Part shown: piece after piece, positions 1 to 11,958 of the stretch
Layout: every line of letters begins with the position of its first letter
How positions within the stretch are numbered: the first letter of the stretch is position 1
Origin: Setoptus koraiensis
Taxonomy: Eukaryota > Animalia > Arthropoda
Assembly (NCBI GenBank): GCA_048013815.1
Contig: CM106586.1
Coordinates: 17,236,001-17,300,000 of the forward strand
Length of the DNA stretch: 64,000 bases
Direction: 5' to 3'
Position numbers and translations under genes: made by a program
Notes under the pieces: generated by a model
The model's input: only the letters and a program-made list of their open reading frames with translations
Told to the model about the DNA's origin: nothing
The model's database searches: none

Positions 1-590
1 TGGCGGCCGCCGCCAATGCCAGCCCGAATACATTAATTCATAATGCGGCCGCCAGGAAGACAGAGGCCAGAAATTAAATGGGCCGCCAGGCAGCCAGTTA
101 CGTGGCCCGATCGTGGCCAACTGAGCGCCGGCCAACAGACGAATCGGGCAGCCGCGCCAACGAGCACAAGCGGCCACGGGCGACCAGAGAGCGGGCCGCT
201 GTGCCGAACTGGGGCCCGTCATTAATAAAAAAACAAGCCCTCTTATTGCGCGTGTCGTATTTGCTCGGCCACATTGGCGCGTGCTGGCGCCTCGGTGCCG
301 ATCGCTGTGCGCCCTGTTGTGCTCAAGTTTTGTTGCGTCGGCGGCCCGTGCGCCGTCATGCCGGTCGCTGGGCCGGCCAGCAGATCGCAGTGGCGGGCCG
401 ACGCGGACCAGCGGGCGGCCGAGATGCCGGCACCGATGCGGGCAGCACGGCGAACGTGTTGTGTGCTTTCGGACCTGGGCCGACGGGGCCACGGCGCACC
501 CAGCGCCCACCGAGCCCACGGAGCCCGCAAAGCCCGCAGAGGCAATCACGGCGGCCGGAGAAGTGTCGGGCGCAAAAATGAATTTCGTCT

Positions 591-667
591 GGCCGAACGC
601 GGCCGAATGCGCCGAACGCGGCCGAATGCGCCGAACGCGGCCAAATGCGGACGAATGCGGCCAAATT
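591..667. repeat. Tandem repeat of ~9-10-bp unit GGCCGAAYGC
   Basis: ggccgaacgc ggccgaatgc gccgaacgc ggccgaatgc gccgaacgc ggccaaatgc ggacgaatgc read directly. Confidence 0.9.
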
Positions 668-1952
668 AAAGCCGCTCGGCTCAGCGAGCGGCCCGCTCGC
701 CGGCGGTCGTTTTGTTTTTTCATCAGCGGCCGCCTTCGAAACAACAATGGCGTGCAATATGGCCGGCAATATCGGTGAGGCTTGCGGCAACCGGCCAACC
801 GGCAACTAATAAACAGCGCCCGGCAGCACGTAGCACGTACACAATTGCATAGCTCTCCATCTTGGCTGCATGAGCCCGTGGCATCATTAGGATGACACCG
901 GCCGCTTCTCGGCGCTCGTGGCGAGACCATTCTGGTTAGCCAGTTGGCGGACAGCGATTGCCGGCGAGCAGCCGCTGGCGTGCTCGTTGGGCGCCGGCCC
1001 GACAGCGCGTTATTGGCGCTCTCGGTGGTGGCTAGTCTAGCCACCGCAATGAGCAGTTTGGGCCCAAGTGAGATTTGGATAATTCATCATCGCCACTGGC
1101 CGGCCAGAGCGGGGGCCAGCGAGCGCCAGAGCGGGCGCCAGCAAGCGCCAGAACGGGGCCAGATGGGGCCCCACCGGCCGGTGTGTGCCGTGCGCCCGTG
1201 ATTGTGTCAATTGATTATGATTTATTTTACACTGTTCGCGCTCAATATAAATCAATATGCTCAAATGGCCTGTCGCTCGCACATTCGAACCAGCGGGCAC
1301 CTTGGGGCCGGCGCCGCTGCCAGCCAACGGCCAGCATCGTCAGTTCCAAGTCGGATTTCGGCAGTGCATTGGGCCAAATGAACTGCCCAAATCCGACGAT
1401 TGTCTCGCAAATGCACCGCCGAGACGTTTCGCGGGGCGCCAACGTTGGCGGGCTGCAGCGAGCGAGCGCCCCAGTTGCCGAGCAACCATCACGGTGGCGC
1501 CTCGAGCGAGCGCCTTCATGAACTGGCGGCCATAATTATGGCCGCATAGTTAACAAGATAAACAGTGTCTGCCGGCCAGTTAATGTTGTCCGCTCGCTAT
1601 TCGCGGCCCGTTGACCAGCGCTATCCGCCCTTTCGCTATTCAATGAATTCGTTGGATTCGTCGGGCACACTGATAGCCATCGGTGTGCTCGTTGACCGTT
1701 ATTCGTCCGAAGCGAAACGTTGAATGCAGCGCATTTCGGATTGCGATTTTGGAATTTCGAATTGCCAAATGCGAAATGCCAAATACGAGCCCCAATTTGC
1801 AACGCGCGATCCGAAAATCGCAATCAGGGCGGCTCATTTGGGTTTTCGGTCCGTTGCGGAACCGGCCCGGCGCCGGCCGCAACAATGGACGCATTCGTTG
1901 GCCTGTCGAGGCCCGTCGCGGCGGCCGGCGTGACCATTTGATCTATTTGTCC

Positions 1953-2036
1953 TCGGTTTGTCGGTCTGTCGGTCTGTCGGTTCGTCGGTTCGTCGGTCTG
2001 TCGGTTCTTCGGTTTGTCGGTTCGTCGGTTTGTCGG
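1953..2036. repeat. Tandem repeat of 8-bp unit TCGGTYYG, about 10 copies
   Basis: tcggtttg tcggtctg tcggtctg tcggttcg tcggttcg ... read directly. Confidence 0.9.
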
Positions 2037-2266
2037 CCCGTCCGCTTGTCGGCGGCTCATTTGCCCGCTCGGCTCAGTGAAACGGTGTAAAATTGTCGGC
2101 TTTGCGCGCCCATGTCGCCATATGCCCATATCGCACGGGCCCCATATGCCCGACGGATCGCTCGCCATCAGGCGCCTCAGACGCCTCAAATGCCTCAAAT
2201 GGTGGCCATCGGATACCAGCGGGCGAGCGATTTAATGGCGCCACTGAATCCGTGTAACATGAGGCT

Positions 2267-2370
2267 CGCCCGCTTGCTTTATCCGCCCGCTCGCTTTATC
2301 CGCCCGCTCGCTTTATCCGCCCGCTCGCTTTATCCGCCCGCTCGCTTTATCCGCCCGCTCGCTTTATCCG
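2267..2370. repeat. 17-bp minisatellite CGCCCGCTCGCTTTATC x6
   Basis: Six consecutive copies, the first with one mismatch. Confidence 0.95.
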
Positions 2371-3747
2371 CTGGCCCGCGCCGAGCCAATCGCGGGCCCT
2401 TGTCGGCAAAAGTCGATGGCCCGCTCAGACGGGTTCGTGTTGCCGCGCCACACAAAGGCAACACCGTCTATCTGTCGATCGATCGATAGCATCTCAAGTT
2501 AAACGACCGCAAGCATCGCGGCCGCTCCCACAACCGTTATGGAGCGAGTTATGAAACGGCCGGCCGCCACCGCCGCCGCCGCGTATTAACGGGCCGGCCG
2601 GCTGCCATGAGGGGCCAAATTAATCATCTGGGCCCCGCTACATCTTTATATCCGTCTATTTATTTATAGCCGGCCAGTGGCAGCGGCCGATCGTTAGGCT
2701 CAATCTTGGACAATTGTTTGGCGCGACGGTTTTGTTGTTGCTGGTCGCCGTTGGGGCGCCATTGAGCGGCAACGCTCGCCGTGCCGCTTGCCTCCTCCAA
2801 TTTCAGCCGCCAGCTCGCTTTATTGGCTCGCTAATCTCGCCGAAGAAGCGGCTGAAGGAAGAGAACGGGCCCCCACCCCAAACCGGTTAAAACCGGTGCG
2901 CTTTAAACGGGTGCGCGTTGCTCTTTTTGTGCCCGACGAAACGGTCCGCGGCGGCCGCGGGTTAAATGGCGAACGGGAGGCGCCGAAACTCAATTGCATT
3001 CAATTGGCTCACAGCGGCTTAGCTCAAGTTGATCAGTTTTCCGGTGGCCGGTTATTGCGCACTTTGCACACATCAGCGCCGAGCTGCCAGTGGCGCGGCT
3101 ACTTGCGAATCGGCCCGGCCGGCAGATTGCGGCCGGCCCGCCTAGCGGCAGCGAGAGGTAAAACGGCCTGCATTGGGGCCCCTCGTGCGGCCAGCGGGCA
3201 AATCTTTACCTTGCCGCCCCCCCCCCTCACACGCTGTTAGCTGTCAGCGTGGCTGGCGCAGATAGCTGCTGCGGGGCCCCAGATCGGCCAACTCGATACA
3301 ACTGGCCAAACAATGGCGCGGCCCCAATGAATAACGGGGCCGTTGTTCGGAGGGGCCTCGGGCGAGGCGCGCGTTTTTCCTGCGCGACGTGTCGTCATGA
3401 TTCGTGTCGGTGCGCTTTTATTTGCGCGCGCGGCCGCACCGTCTCCCGGCGCGCTTCTGTTCGGGCCGGCCGCTGCGCTACGCAGCAGGCACGCAGCCCA
3501 AACGGGACCTAACCATATCTGGCCACTGGTCTGATATGGTCGGATATATCTGACCAGCGAGCGTGGTATTTATGATGATGTCTTTATCCGCTGTGTAATG
3601 TCATGTTGCAGCGACTGGCCGCCAGTGACGCCACCAGTGGGGCCGCCGGCGGACAGAGACAGATTATTGGCGGGTTGGCTTTGATTTGTTTGTTGCATCA
3701 GTTGGGCGCAGTTGGGGCGAGCTTTTGTTTTTGTTCGCGCCAGCGCG

Positions 3748-3846
3748 GGCCCCAAACTGGCGTCGCCGAGGCTGGCCCCAAACTGGCGTCGCCGAGGCTG
3801 GCCCCAAACTGGCGTTGCCGAGGCTGACCAGAAAACTGGCGGCGCC
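3748..3846. repeat. 26-bp minisatellite GGCCCCAAACTGGCGTCGCCGAGGCT x3 plus a partial copy
   Basis: Copies at 3748, 3774 and 3800, then a degenerate copy from 3826. Confidence 0.95.
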
Positions 3847-5264
3847 AATATCCAGCAATATCAAACTGGGCTGTTTATGGCGTTTTATTGCCACGGACAT
3901 GTACCAATAGATCACTCATCGGAGCGGCAACTATTTCATCGTGCCATTTCGTACAAATCTGTCTCTGATTGCGGCCCGGGCGGGCGCCGCTGCCGCTCCG
4001 ATTTGTTGCGGCGCGCGCCGATCCCTCACATGCCGTCATGTTGCGCTGCCCGTCTTCCAGTCCGACGTGCGTTCGGTGTGTGCTATCCAATACAGTATTG
4101 ATGATCTATTGATGGTGAATATTTCTCGGCGCGTCGGATCGTGGGCCCACTTTGGGCACCTCCGCTGGCCAATTGCCGCATTCGGGCGATCGGGCCAGCG
4201 GGCCAGCCACCGATAGCCGCGGCGCACACACGCCAGATACAGTGGCGGCGCATATATTTGCAGTGGCCTGTGTAAACTATAGACGTCGGATATAGATGAC
4301 GGGCACTGGTAAATAATTCATGAGCCAATCAGCGTCACGTTGTCTAAAGCTTCTTTTTCACCTTGAATACTCTTGCGCGCTCGCTCACTGGCCACTCGCC
4401 GGGCTGCACTCACTCGCCAGACCTGGCCGGACCCCTGATTTTTCGGGGGCCTCTCAGCCTCAGAGTCTCAGGCGAGAATTGGCCGAATTAGCTGCCCGAT
4501 GATCGGCGGCATCGCACACCTACCGGCTGTTCTGGTCAGATAGTAGCGCACCAACCGACACACTGCACACTGATCAGCGCACGCAACGACTCAACAAAAG
4601 GGGCCCCATTCTGGTGCACCAATTCTAACTCCACTCAATGCTGGCCGAACAACAATGGCCTGTCAGTGGTGCGTTGCCTCCGCCAGTGAGCTGCCCCTCA
4701 CCTGCTCACCTGCTCACAGGGGCGATCCACTCACTCAAATAGGCACACGGGCATAATTAGATAATCATCACTGTCGCTCGCTCACAATGAACGCCACTGA
4801 CCAATAATTAGCACCACTATTACCTGATAACGGTGCACAATGGCCAACGCTGTCGCCCGTCTCACGCACAACGTAATAATAACGATACCAGTAGGTACCA
4901 GTAGTTGCACCAGTTGTTGTGTGTGTGCGATTAGTCTGTCATCATATCCGCTTAATATGTAATTTTTCCATCCCAAACTGAACTTATCTGGCGAGCGCCC
5001 TAGTGGCGCATTGCTGTGGCCAACTTTTCGATGCGCTCCTCTTTACCTATTAGGCTGTTCGGGGCCTCTTTGCACTGGCCAGACTATTTATAGACTTGCC
5101 ATTTGGCTGCTTCATTATAAGTAGTTGCACTGAAATTTAATTCGCGCATCGGTGACTCAGATCGCAGTGCACAACATTGGCGCTTTCTTCATCAACGAGC
5201 GAATCGATTCAATATCTGGCCGATGCGATTCGAAGCGAAATAAAAATTGAACAAAATTAGAACG

Positions 5265-5394
5265 ATGATTGCATTGGTTGATGGTTTCGTCGCGACATTC
5301 TGACGCGCGCGATGCAAACGAAATGCGATTCAAATGTTACGTATGCAAGCCGAATTCGGGCCCGGCCATTGGACATCATTTTTTGCTTGCATAA
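5265..5394 (+). pseudogene. Decayed 5' fragment of an eighth member of the six-Cys secreted family
   Basis: gattgcattggttgatggtttcgtcgcgaca matches the G1 signal-peptide DNA aattgctctggttgtttgtttcgtcgcaaca (IALVDGFVAT vs IALVVCFVAT). After a frameshift, atgcgattcaaatgttacgtatgcaagccg (MRFKCYVCKP) matches G1 MRFKCSVYEP. A stop follows at 5392-5394. Confidence 0.7.
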
Positions 5395-5592
5395 CACTTG
5401 TTATGCGAGTAAACGTTATCTCAGATAACTTATCTGTGACTGTTCATCTGCATAACTATTGCGACATCGTTGATTGGTCGAAATAGCTGAATGATGGCTC
5501 GGTAATCATTTCCGCCGTGCATGGCTGCAGTGCAGCTTTGAGGGCCGGATCTAGGTTGGACTCCATGAGTCCAACATATCGGAGCCTGATAC

Positions 5593-5845
5593 GAAATGCA
5601 ATCTATTCTTAGGTTCGAGCATGGCATTCCTGCGACTATCAAATGCCACGGTGGATGCGCTCGCTACCTCGCTCAATTTCTATATTTAGCGTCTGAGAGT
5701 GCCCAACTCGGCTTCACATTCTGCTCTCGGTTGAAGCTAGCCTAAATCCCTGTATAATTTCAATTTTTTGTGGTTTTTACAGCTTCAAACAGCATTAAAC
5801 CCGATTTCGGTAGATGCCATCGATCAGCACATAGACAAATATTCA
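5593..5845 (+). promoter_or_regulatory. Shared upstream module of the secreted family (G1 copy): block A GAAATGCAATCTATTCTTAGGTTCGAGCATGGCA, block [12 protein letters not shown], block C AGACAAATATTCA
   Basis: Block A-like sequence lies at 5593, 6886, 8707, ~10291, 11570, 12870 and 14608. Blocks B and C recur in the same order upstream of G1 and G3-G7. Regulatory function is inferred. Confidence 0.5.
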
Positions 5846-5976
5846 TTCTATAGTTGATAAAAGTCGAAGCGAATCAGTGGATAAATTTACCGTGAATCTC
5901 AACCTAAGCACAGATAAAATTGTGATCAGAAAACGTTTATTTGACCCATCAATTAACATTAGTAGAGAAACCTAAA

Positions 5977-6555
5977 ATGACAATGATAAGTGCGGCAATT
6001 GCTCTGGTTGTTTGTTTCGTCGCAACAACAACAGCTACCAACGAACTCGATAGAAACGCAATCAGCGATATGCGTTTCAAATGTTCCGTTTATGAGCCAA
6101 TTGAATTCGGCAATGGCGAAATGCGTTGCCCGAAGTTCAAAACTCACATTCCGGCCACTATTTTATATAAGGGATTGGAACAATGTGTGTGCTATTATCA
6201 CCAGCACTCATTAGTTTGGGCCGCAATGGTACCTAACAGTATCAGACATTTGCTTGCCTCGCTACAGCAGCCGATATATGAATTCACGGGATTGGAATGG
6301 AGACTGTTTGGCAAAACACTGGACAGTGAGGAGGCAGACCAAGAGGCGCAGAAGCTTGCAGATTCATTGGGGCAACGTAGCGACGTTGAAAGTTTGACAA
6401 CGGATTGTCAGATATTAATGAATCACAGCGAGACTGAGGTAAACAGACTTCTCAACTATGTGGGAATTCCTCACATGGAGCTTGTGGTCGCACAAAATGA
6501 TAGCAACTTCCTCACCTTGCTCAACGCTTTCACGATTTGCGAGAGTTTCGTCTGA
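5977..6555 (+). CDS. Secreted six-cysteine protein, novel tandem family member G1 (192 aa)
   Basis: Intronless ORF. The first ATG (5977) precedes a hydrophobic signal peptide MTMISAAIALVVCFVATTTA. Motifs FKC, CVCYYHQHS, YEFTGLEW, DC and ELVVAQNDSNFLTLLNAFTIC are shared with six neighbours. Confidence 0.9.
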   Translation: MTMISAAIALVVCFVATTTATNELDRNAISDMRFKCSVYEPIEFGNGEMRCPKFKTHIPATILYKGLEQCVCYYHQHSLVWAAMVPNSIRHLLASLQQPIYEFTGLEWRLFGKTLDSEEADQEAQKLADSLGQRSDVESLTTDCQILMNHSETEVNRLLNYVGIPHMELVVAQNDSNFLTLLNAFTICESFV

Positions 6556-7142
6556 CAATCCGATAGTCAGAAATATGACCTAAGCCAACCCTTGCGAATG
6601 TCGATTTCATAAAAATACCATAAAAAGGTTTCAATTTGAGCAGATAATCCGGATTTTTTTCCAAGAAGCTTTTCTATGATTTCGTCGAGTAGCTCGACAC
6701 TTGCACGCACGATATAATTGAGCTGGCAGAGTGAATTATCTTCGTCAATGATGCATCGTTGAAAATGGGACCACAACCCTAGTTTTCGGTCTAGGCGTCT
6801 TTGGGTTAAGTAGTAGTGGGATCTCATCCTATTTGAAATCGAAAATTTCATTTTCACTCCGGCCATAGCGGGCAGAGGCTGATTTGAAATGCAATCTATT
6901 CTTAGAATGGGCATTGCTTGAATGCGAGATTTCATCTAGCGACGCTTGCATATTTATAGCTTTTATAGCTTTTTTGATCGCCACTGCGGCACAAGGTTAT
7001 CATTCAACTCGAATCCATTGTTGTTTTCGCAGCTCGTTATATTCGTCATCACATTCGTCTCATGACATTTCATCAAGCGACCACAAAATCTTCGAATGAC
7101 ATCCACACAAAATTCACCAAGTCGATTTTGAAAATCAATACA

Positions 7143-7709
7143 ATGGGCGTTATTTCATCGCTAGTCCTCATGGTTTTTCTGGTGGGCGCTGCCGAGGCCT
7201 CTTACGAACAGCAAGTTGGCAGAAACACACAATTTAAATGCTCTTTATACGAGCCATCTGACTTCGATGACAACAAGCGTTGTCCGACGCGCGAAGTCGC
7301 TGCAACATACTCACAAATGGAGTCATGTGTATGCCACTATTTGCAGCATTCATTTGTTTGGGCCGCAATGACACCCATTAGTGTCAGAAATTTTTTGTCC
7401 GAAGTGAAAGATCCAATTCATGATTTATCTGGACCGAATTGGAGAATATTTGGTCAGGCAGTTGGCAGTGAAGCATCACCCGAACGAGCCGAGGACTTTC
7501 TTAAGCGTGTATTCAAATCTCGTAGTGCGATTATCAATTATGAACTGCTAAGAATAGATTGTAAAAAATTGAAAGAGGAAGCCGGCAAACAGATCGAAAG
7601 ACTGAAAAGTTTAAACCCGGCTGGTCACCTCGAGCTCCTGGTGGCGGCCAACGACAACAATTTCCTAACTCTGTTGGATGGATATGTGCTATGCAAGAAA
7701 TATTTTTAA
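7143..7709 (+). CDS. Secreted six-cysteine protein, family member G2 (188 aa; G2/G7 subgroup)
   Basis: Signal peptide MGVISSLVLMVFLVGAAEA; FKC, CVCHYLQHSFVWAAMTPISVRN, ELLVAANDNNFLTLLDGYVLC; AATAAA at ~7857. Confidence 0.9.
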   Translation: MGVISSLVLMVFLVGAAEASYEQQVGRNTQFKCSLYEPSDFDDNKRCPTREVAATYSQMESCVCHYLQHSFVWAAMTPISVRNFLSEVKDPIHDLSGPNWRIFGQAVGSEASPERAEDFLKRVFKSRSAIINYELLRIDCKKLKEEAGKQIERLKSLNPAGHLELLVAANDNNFLTLLDGYVLCKKYF

Positions 7710-8130
7710 TAAGCGTGGGCCACCAGCCAGTGGGTATGACAGGTCTCACCTGTTCAACTAACCATGTCGAGTTTGATCAATAGTAGAGTAGCATATCGGG
7801 TGATCGATCAACTTCACAAACATGTCACTCGACACTGTCTAGTCGACAGTAATGCAATAAATAAATTTTCTAGTCACTTCAGATACCGTTCGTTCACTGC
7901 GCTCACTGGATAATGATCCTGTTTATCGTCATGTACAGCGTGTAATAATCAGAGTAGTAGAGATGTGATGACAATCAATTTTCGTGTCTTGCCACCCCCG
8001 GTAGCCGTAGTGTTGATCAAAGCGAGCAAAACATGACTACCGAAAACCAAGCTGTCATTGAGTACAATCGTTGACAGAAATTTGGTAGACGTTTTTCTGT
8101 CTCAGCGTCATGAATTTGATGGCCGGAAAT

Positions 8131-8450
8131 TAGGGTGGAGATTTTCTTGGTTTAAATCATGATTTAAATCAAATGATTTAAATCAGTGGTTTCAAACAAC
8201 ATAAATGTGGTCACAATTGAAGATGTGATTAAAATTTCGGTTTCTCTGGTTTTTGTCGGCTTGATTTCAACCACAGCGATTTTATTAATAGTAGGTTTAA
8301 TTCCTAAAAAATCATGAAAACCGTGATTTAAATCAAGAATAAAGAAAACAATTCGACCATTCAGAGTTCAAATTCTGAATTTCAGACCATGAATTTGAGT
8401 TTAGCATGACTCTACAGCTTACTTATTTAAGTAAAAAAATCTCGACGCTG
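8131..8450. mobile_element. Non-autonomous hAT-type DNA transposon (MITE), 320 bp
   Basis: Imperfect 18-bp terminal inverted repeats (tagggtggagattttctt vs reverse complement cagcgtcgagattttttt, 14/18). Flanking 8-bp near-direct repeat ccggaaat (8123-8130) / ccggaagt (8451-8458). Internal GATTTAAATC repeats. 8-bp target-site duplications and YAG-starting TIRs are hAT hallmarks. Confidence 0.65.
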
Positions 8451-9102
8451 CCGGAAGTGTACATGACCAGGCGAAAAACGTGTTGAGAGGGCTGAGGATG
8501 CAATTCGCCAATCGGAAAAAGTTCGAATTGGGTATATATTAGTGCCGACAATTCAATAGATCTGCAGAATATTAATATTAATTGCAAGTTTCATCCAATG
8601 CCACGGTGGAAGCTTTTGCTATTCTTGCCGTAACTTAATTGAGGGTACTCTATAGTTCGATTCATAGCAAAAAAAGTTGAAATTCCCTATCACTGGAGCG
8701 AGATGCGAAATGCAATGTATCCTCAAGTTCGAGAATGGCATCCCTGCGACAACATTCAAGGTTATTCTGGATATCATGCAATGCCACAGTGGATGCTTAT
8801 GCTGTTTGCAATAATTTCTATATTTAACCCTCTGGGAATGTCTGACTCGGACTGACGTCTCAATATCCATCTCAGCCAGTTCAGATCCTTGTACGATTTC
8901 CAAAGTTTGCAGCTTTATACTGCATGAGACCTTTTTTGGTTACAAGTCATAGATCACAATATAGACAAATATTCAATTTCTGTTCGTAGAATCGAGGGAT
9001 AAACTAAGTGAAAAGAATCGAATCTCAACATAAGGACAGTTAAAATTGTCCCCAGAAAACATTGATAGGACCTATCAATTAATATCAATAGAGAAACGAA
9101 AA

Positions 9103-9675
9103 ATGACAATGATACGTGCGGCAATTGCCTTGGCTGTTTGTTTCATCGCAGCAACAACCGCTACTAACGAACTCGATAGAAACGCAATCAGCGATATGCG
9201 TTTCAAATGTTCCGTATACGAGCCTCACATGTTCAACGATTATAATTGTCACAGTCCATCGTGGGAATACAGCCATCCTACCGAACATTATCATGCTGTG
9301 GAAGCATGCGTATGCTACCATTACCAGCACTCGTTGGCTTGGTTCTCGATGGTGCCCAACAGTGTCAGACATTTACTTGCCGAGATGCATCGTCCATATT
9401 ATGAATTTACGGGATTGGAATGGAGAGAGCTAGGCGAAACGTTGGACAGCGACGAAGCATACGAAAATTCTCAAGAACTCAAGAAAACATTGCAGCTACG
9501 TGAAGACGTTGAACTGCTGAAAAAGGATTGCAATAAATTGAAGCTGCATTCTCAGATGCACCTGCAGAAACTCTACAAGATGGATTTGGAGCATTTTGAG
9601 CTTGTGGTTGCGGCACACGATAACAACTTCCTCACTTTGCTCAATGGCTTCATGGTTTGCAAGGCCTTTTTCTGA
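9103..9675 (+). CDS. Secreted six-cysteine protein, family member G3 (190 aa)
   Basis: Signal peptide MTMIRAAIALAVCFIAATTA; CVCYHYQHS; ELVVAAHDNNFLTLLNGFMVC. Confidence 0.9.
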   Translation: MTMIRAAIALAVCFIAATTATNELDRNAISDMRFKCSVYEPHMFNDYNCHSPSWEYSHPTEHYHAVEACVCYHYQHSLAWFSMVPNSVRHLLAEMHRPYYEFTGLEWRELGETLDSDEAYENSQELKKTLQLREDVELLKKDCNKLKLHSQMHLQKLYKMDLEHFELVVAAHDNNFLTLLNGFMVCKAFF

Positions 9676-9735
9676 AGTTCTGATAACCACGGCGCAGGGG
9701 CAGATAGGCAGGCAGACCGAAACGACGAATGATTA

Positions 9736-9793
9736 GAAACAACGAAACTATCGAAACAACGAAACTATCGAAACAACGAAACTATCGAAACAA
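9736..9793. repeat. 17-bp tandem repeat GAAACAACGAAACTATC x3.4
   Basis: Three perfect copies plus a partial; further GAAAC(A/G)ACG-like copies at ~9719, ~9829 and ~9844. Confidence 0.9.
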
Positions 9794-10667
9794 GTCGAAA
9801 AAGTTTCTATGGGAATGACGAAAAATCAAAACAACGATTTGTCGAAACAACGACCGATTGAAATTACAAAGCGGGTCGCGTGCACTGCTGATTCAAGCTG
9901 ATTTCGTAAAATAATAACTATGCGTAAATAACAATTAATTGAGATAGCCTTGCTGATTGATCGGCTGAAGGTCTCGCGCTCTCTTTATCTCTGTCGACTA
10001 GTGCTACTAGCTACTCACGCTGCCGTCTCGTAGCAGTCTGATTCTTTTTTCTGTTGACCCAGTGCGGCCTCACATTAAGTGACAAATCGTAACATCCATT
10101 TCTTTGATAAAATATTGTCCGCGGATCATTGTCGTAAACCAACATTCGATGATAGCACCGATATCAAAAGTGAGTAAGAAGTGCAAATCATCAAAACATG
10201 TAAGGGCAATACCCTTGCTATTGTCGGTCGGTATAAATGCCTGGCTGACAAAACTGTGATAGCTCCAAATGGTAGCTTCGAAATTCGAGCAACGCAATCT
10301 ATTATTATGAGGTTCGAACATTCCTGCGACAATTCGCTGCCGACGTTACTCTGGCTGCAGCTTCTATATTTAGCGTCTGAGAATGGCTCGGCTCTACGTT
10401 CGACCCCCATTGGATTTAGCCTAAATCCCTGTATACTTTCGATTGTTTGCGGTTTTTGCAGCTTTTTTACAGCGCTAGAGCCCATCTCGGTAGACGCCAT
10501 CAATCAGCACATAGACAAATATTCAATCTATGATCGATAAAACTTGTATCACAAAAGAGAATCCGAGGATAAATTGAGCGTGGCGAATATAAACTTAAAA
10601 ATAAATAAAATCGTGCCTGGAAAACATTGATTGGACCTATCAATTAATATCAACAGCGAGACGAAAA

Positions 10668-11237
10668 ATGACAACGATACGAGCGGCAATTGCCTTGTCT
10701 GTTTGCTTCATCGCGACAACTGCTACTAACGCGTCTAATGGAAACGAAGCCATCAATATGCAATTCAAATGTTCCAATTACAAGCCTAGACCATTCAACT
10801 CTTATTATTGTCAGACTACAGCTTACAATGACAATTCTCCAACTGAATATTATAAAGATGTAGAAGAATGCGTGTGCTACTACTATCAGCACTCAATAGC
10901 TTGGTACACCATGGTATCCAACCCTGTCAGACATTTACTTGCCGAGATATACCCGCCATTTTATGAATTTAAGGGTTCGGAATGGAGAGAGCTAGGAGAA
11001 AAGTTGGACAGCGACGAAGCATACGAAAAGTCTCAAGATCTCAAGCAAACATTAAAGCTACGTAGCGATATTGAAAAGTTGAAAAACGACTGTCAAAGAT
11101 TGGTACGTCATTTTTCAAACCAATTACAGAGACTCAAGATTGGTGCAATTTCTCACATGGAGCTTGTGGTGGCTGCCCATGATAACAACTTCCTCACTTT
11201 GCTCAATGGCTATTGGGTTTGTAAGAAGTTGGTTTGA
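10668..11237 (+). CDS. Secreted six-cysteine protein, family member G4 (189 aa)
   Basis: Signal peptide MTTIRAAIALSVCFIATTA; CVCYYYQHS; ELVVAAHDNNFLTLLNGYWVC. Confidence 0.9.
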   Translation: MTTIRAAIALSVCFIATTATNASNGNEAINMQFKCSNYKPRPFNSYYCQTTAYNDNSPTEYYKDVEECVCYYYQHSIAWYTMVSNPVRHLLAEIYPPFYEFKGSEWRELGEKLDSDEAYEKSQDLKQTLKLRSDIEKLKNDCQRLVRHFSNQLQRLKIGAISHMELVVAAHDNNFLTLLNGYWVCKKLV

Positions 11238-11264
11238 TGTTATAATGACCAATGCAGAGAAGTA

Positions 11265-11282
11265 GAAATTGATATCCCTCGT
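11265..11282 (+). promoter_or_regulatory. Conserved 3'-flank/UTR motif GAAATTGATATCCCTCGT
   Basis: Copies 28-63 nt after the stop codons of G4 (11265), G5 (12559), G6 (13918) and G7 (15463). The G4 and G7 copies are identical over 18 nt. Function is inferred. Confidence 0.45.
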
Positions 11283-11958
11283 CGGCATGGGTTTCTACTC
11301 GACCGACTGCAGTCTCTACTATTTCATCTGAAACCGGAATCTCCAGTTTGATTCCAGTGGTCAGAATGAATACAATTAGTATGCGACTAAGTGACGATCG
11401 AACTGCTAACTCGATGCTTGATTCATCAAAACTAGATTCTGATGAATAATAGCTATTTCAAATAAATGATTATTATTGTGAAATTAATGACGCGGAGTTA
11501 CCAACACCAGTTGAGGGTATCAATTCATGGCGAAAAAAGTTGAAGTTCCCTATCACTGGGGCCTGATGTGAAATGTAATCTATGCTTAGGTTCGGGCAAG
11601 GCACCTCTGCAGCAATATTCTAGATCATTCTAAGTATCATGCAATGCGACAGTTGATGCTTATGCTATTTTTGCCGTAATTTCTATATTTATCACCTGAG
11701 AATTCGTTCGGATTGACGTTTCGAAAACGATTGCAGCCAGATCCCTGCACAATTTGCAAAGTTTGCATTTTTATAGAGCATGAGACCTGTTTTGGTTACG
11801 TGTCATCGATCACAATATAGACAAATATTCAATTTCTGTCTGATGCAAATTGAAAGACAAACTGCGAAAAGAATCGAATCTCAACATAAGCACAGATAAA
11901 ATTGTCCCCAGAAAACATTGATCGGACCTATCAATTAATATCAATAGAGAAACGAAAA

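Noticed and set aside
43-4502. Many overlapping 60-167-aa ORFs on both strands
   Set aside because: Arg/Ala/Pro/Gly-rich shadow ORFs caused by high GC and tandem repeats; no recognisable domain or consistent splice structure.
6567-6935. 122-aa minus-strand ORF between G1 and G2
   Set aside because: Only its first ~16 residues correspond to the shared block A; the rest has no counterpart in other spacers and no recognisable domain, so it is not called as a gene.
9736-9793. Direct repeats superficially like a CRISPR array
   Set aside because: No unique spacers, eukaryotic context, no cas genes.
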